A DNA stretch of 56,319 nt from a virus (lineage: Duplodnaviria > Caudoviricetes): positions 1-56,319 of IMG/VR virus record IMGVR_UViG_3300032290_000174; one strand, written 5' to 3'. Positions 54,347 through 56,319 of this stretch are shown piece by piece; the first letter of the stretch is position 1, and every line of letters starts with the position of its first letter. The notes below the pieces were generated by a model. That model was not told the DNA's origin. It did not search any database and was given only the letters and a program-made list of their open reading frames with translations. The position numbers and the translations under genes were made by a program.

Positions 54347-54954
54347 TGAAATCATTTACTCAATATCTAGTTGAAGCTGCAGAGAAACACGGAGTTCTTG
54401 CTTTCGGTCGCATGAATCCAATCACTTCTGGTCACGAAGCAGTTGTCAATAAACTACACTCAGTTGCAAAAGAACATAACGCATCGCATCAGTTGGTTGT
54501 TTCTCACAGTCAAGATGCTAAGAAGAATCCCCTTACTGCTGAACAAAAAGTTAAGCATGCTAAGAATGCATTCCCAGGAACTAATGTAAAAGCAGCAAGC
54601 AAAGAATCTCCAACAATTCTACACCACGCTGCAGAAATGCATAGACAAGGTGTTCAACACTTACATGTTGTTGCTGGTTCTGATCGTCATGAAGAAATGA
54701 AAACATTATTAAACAAATACAATGGTAAAGAATCTGGTCATGGTCACTATAATTTTAAATCCATAACAGTACATTCTTCTGGTGAGAGAGATCCAGATGC
54801 CGAAGGAACTACTGGTATTTCAGCAAGCAAGATGCGCGAACATGCTGCAGCTGGTAATAAAAAAGAATTTCATGCTGGCGCACCATCTAAAATGAAACCT
54901 GAACATAAAGAAGCAATGTATAATGATGTCCGTAAGGGTATGGGTGTTAAATGA
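54346..54954 (+). CDS. HIGH-family nucleotidyl(cytidyl)transferase with capsid-targeting leader
   Basis: FGRMNPITSGH, KNPL, VAGSDR, ISASKMR; leader MKSFTQYLVEA; TAATG coupling to the previous gene. Confidence 0.85.
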   Translation: MKSFTQYLVEAAEKHGVLAFGRMNPITSGHEAVVNKLHSVAKEHNASHQLVVSHSQDAKKNPLTAEQKVKHAKNAFPGTNVKAASKESPTILHHAAEMHRQGVQHLHVVAGSDRHEEMKTLLNKYNGKESGHGHYNFKSITVHSSGERDPDAEGTTGISASKMREHAAAGNKKEFHAGAPSKMKPEHKEAMYNDVRKGMGVK

Positions 54955-55835
54955 ATGAACTATCGGATCTGTTCAAACTTGTAGCTGAAGCAAAAAAGAC
55001 TGATCCAGTTGCAATCAAAACCAAAGAAATAAAAGAAAATATCAAGGAAGACCTTGGTAGTATCTTTAATGAAATTGCGTCAATTAAACAGCAAGATCCT
55101 GCTGTCAAAAAATCAAAACAAATAAAAGAACATATCCAAGAAGTTGTAAAAGACGATCTTGGATCATTGTTTAGTGAACTCGCTGCACTTAAGAAACCAA
55201 AAGAAGAAGTAGTAGAAGTTGTTCAAGAACCTGAACCAATCGTTGAAGAAGTTCTCGTTGAGGTTGCTCCAAAAATTGAAGAGCCACCAACTGTTCCAGA
55301 AATAGATAAGTATCTTTCAGGAAAATCTTTTCAGCAACCTGAACCTGATAGAGTAGATCCAAATATTAAAGCCATTCAAGATAAGATGAAGTTTCTTGAA
55401 CAGGCAATTGGTCGTATCGCAGCTCATGGTCCAGGATCTGGTGAAGTAAACCTGCGATGGCTCGATGATGTTAAGCGTGACACAATTGCTGATGGTCGTT
55501 GGTTAAAGTATTCAGCAGCAGATAAGAAATTTGTATTTGATGACATCAATCCATACGAAGTTGTAGAAAACACAACTGAAGTTACAACATCGACATATAC
55601 AGTAACACCAACTGATTTTTATATCGGTGTAAATTATGCTGGTCCAGTTACAATAACACTACCAGCTTCTGCTAATTCTGGTAGAATGTTAATTATTAAA
55701 GATGAAGATGGTGACGCAGAAACAAACCCTATTACTGTCACTGGCACTGTTGATAATGATGCTGGTGGATTTATAATTCAAATTAACAATGGAGCCATTC
55801 AGTTAATCTATCGTAATGGCTGGAGAATCGTATGA
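54951..55835 (+). CDS. Hypothetical virion-associated protein
   Basis: N-terminal helical repeats, GPGSGEVNLRWLDDV, and a C-terminal fibre-like TITLPASA..GR..IIKDE domain. Confidence 0.6.
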   Translation: MNELSDLFKLVAEAKKTDPVAIKTKEIKENIKEDLGSIFNEIASIKQQDPAVKKSKQIKEHIQEVVKDDLGSLFSELAALKKPKEEVVEVVQEPEPIVEEVLVEVAPKIEEPPTVPEIDKYLSGKSFQQPEPDRVDPNIKAIQDKMKFLEQAIGRIAAHGPGSGEVNLRWLDDVKRDTIADGRWLKYSAADKKFVFDDINPYEVVENTTEVTTSTYTVTPTDFYIGVNYAGPVTITLPASANSGRMLIIKDEDGDAETNPITVTGTVDNDAGGFIIQINNGAIQLIYRNGWRIV

Positions 55836-56319
55836 CATATTTGTTTACAAATAATCAAGAAGTTAAAAATGATGTTGGTAACCCTTTACCGATTAGTAAA
55901 GATACCTCTGCCAATAGTACATCAAATAGAATTTTTGTAGACACTGGTCTAACTATTCCAGCTGCATTCGATGGTGAGATTAAAAACGATTCTGGTAATC
56001 CAATACCAGTATCAAAGAACACAACAGTAAACTCTGCTGCAAACCCTATTAATGTCAGTGCTGCTATTACAGGATTAGTAACTTCAACTGTGGTAGATGG
56101 TGCTGCAGATGCATTTGGTAGAATGCGAGTCAGTGAAGCATTTACACTAGGTGACTATAAACATACCTACGGTATTGATCCTAACTTCAGAGATACGCTA
56201 TCTAATGGCGGTACAGTTACACATATAACTAATCAAGCTGCAGCAAGATTAGCTACCAGTAATAATTCCAGCAGTCGTGCTGTTCACCAGACTAAAATGT
56301 ATCATAACTACATGCCTGG
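55832..56319 (+). CDS. Virion structural protein (3'-truncated)
   Basis: Read manually: MTYLFTNNQEVKNDVGNP...DAFGRMRVS...HQTKMYHNYMP; open to the window end. Confidence 0.7.
   Translation, partial: MTYLFTNNQEVKNDVGNPLPISKDTSANSTSNRIFVDTGLTIPAAFDGEIKNDSGNPIPVSKNTTVNSAANPINVSAAITGLVTSTVVDGAADAFGRMRVSEAFTLGDYKHTYGIDPNFRDTLSNGGTVTHITNQAAARLATSNNSSSRAVHQTKMYHNYMP

Noticed and set aside
1-56319. Stop-codon reassignment
   Set aside because: Core genes are full length in the standard code, and TAA, TAG and TGA all serve as stops.

Overview
This window is a contiguous, essentially all plus-strand segment of a T4-like (Tevenvirinae/Kyanoviridae-type core) myophage genome. It contains, in order: tail-fibre/virion genes (1-11.9 kb); the neck-to-capsid module gp13-14-15-17-18-19-20-67-68-21-22-23-3, with no gp16 at its usual site; uvsY-uvsW, gp55, gp47/46; an early accessory block (zincin-vWA protein, MoxR/CobS-like AAA+ ATPase, HTH protein, dATP/dGTP diphosphohydrolase-like protein); and replication genes gp45-44-62-regA, hsp20, exonuclease, gp43, uvsX, gp41. 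Most notable: (1) a TET/JBP-type dioxygenase and a GT-B glycosyltransferase directly after gp41, both ending in the same sliding-clamp-binding-type tail as the polymerase, which suggests replisome-tethered DNA hypermodification; (2) four adjacent proteins with a T4-type capsid-targeting leader (nuclease-like, ligase-like nucleotidyltransferase, small basic protein, HIGH-family nucleotidyltransferase), a candidate injected enzyme kit; (3) two highly structured intergenic RNAs with pseudoknots, a repeated operator-like palindrome, an antisense sigma70 promoter facing uvsW, and apparent absence of CCGG. All calls come from motif recognition and synteny by eye; no searches were run. No tRNA, CRISPR array, intron or intein was recognised.
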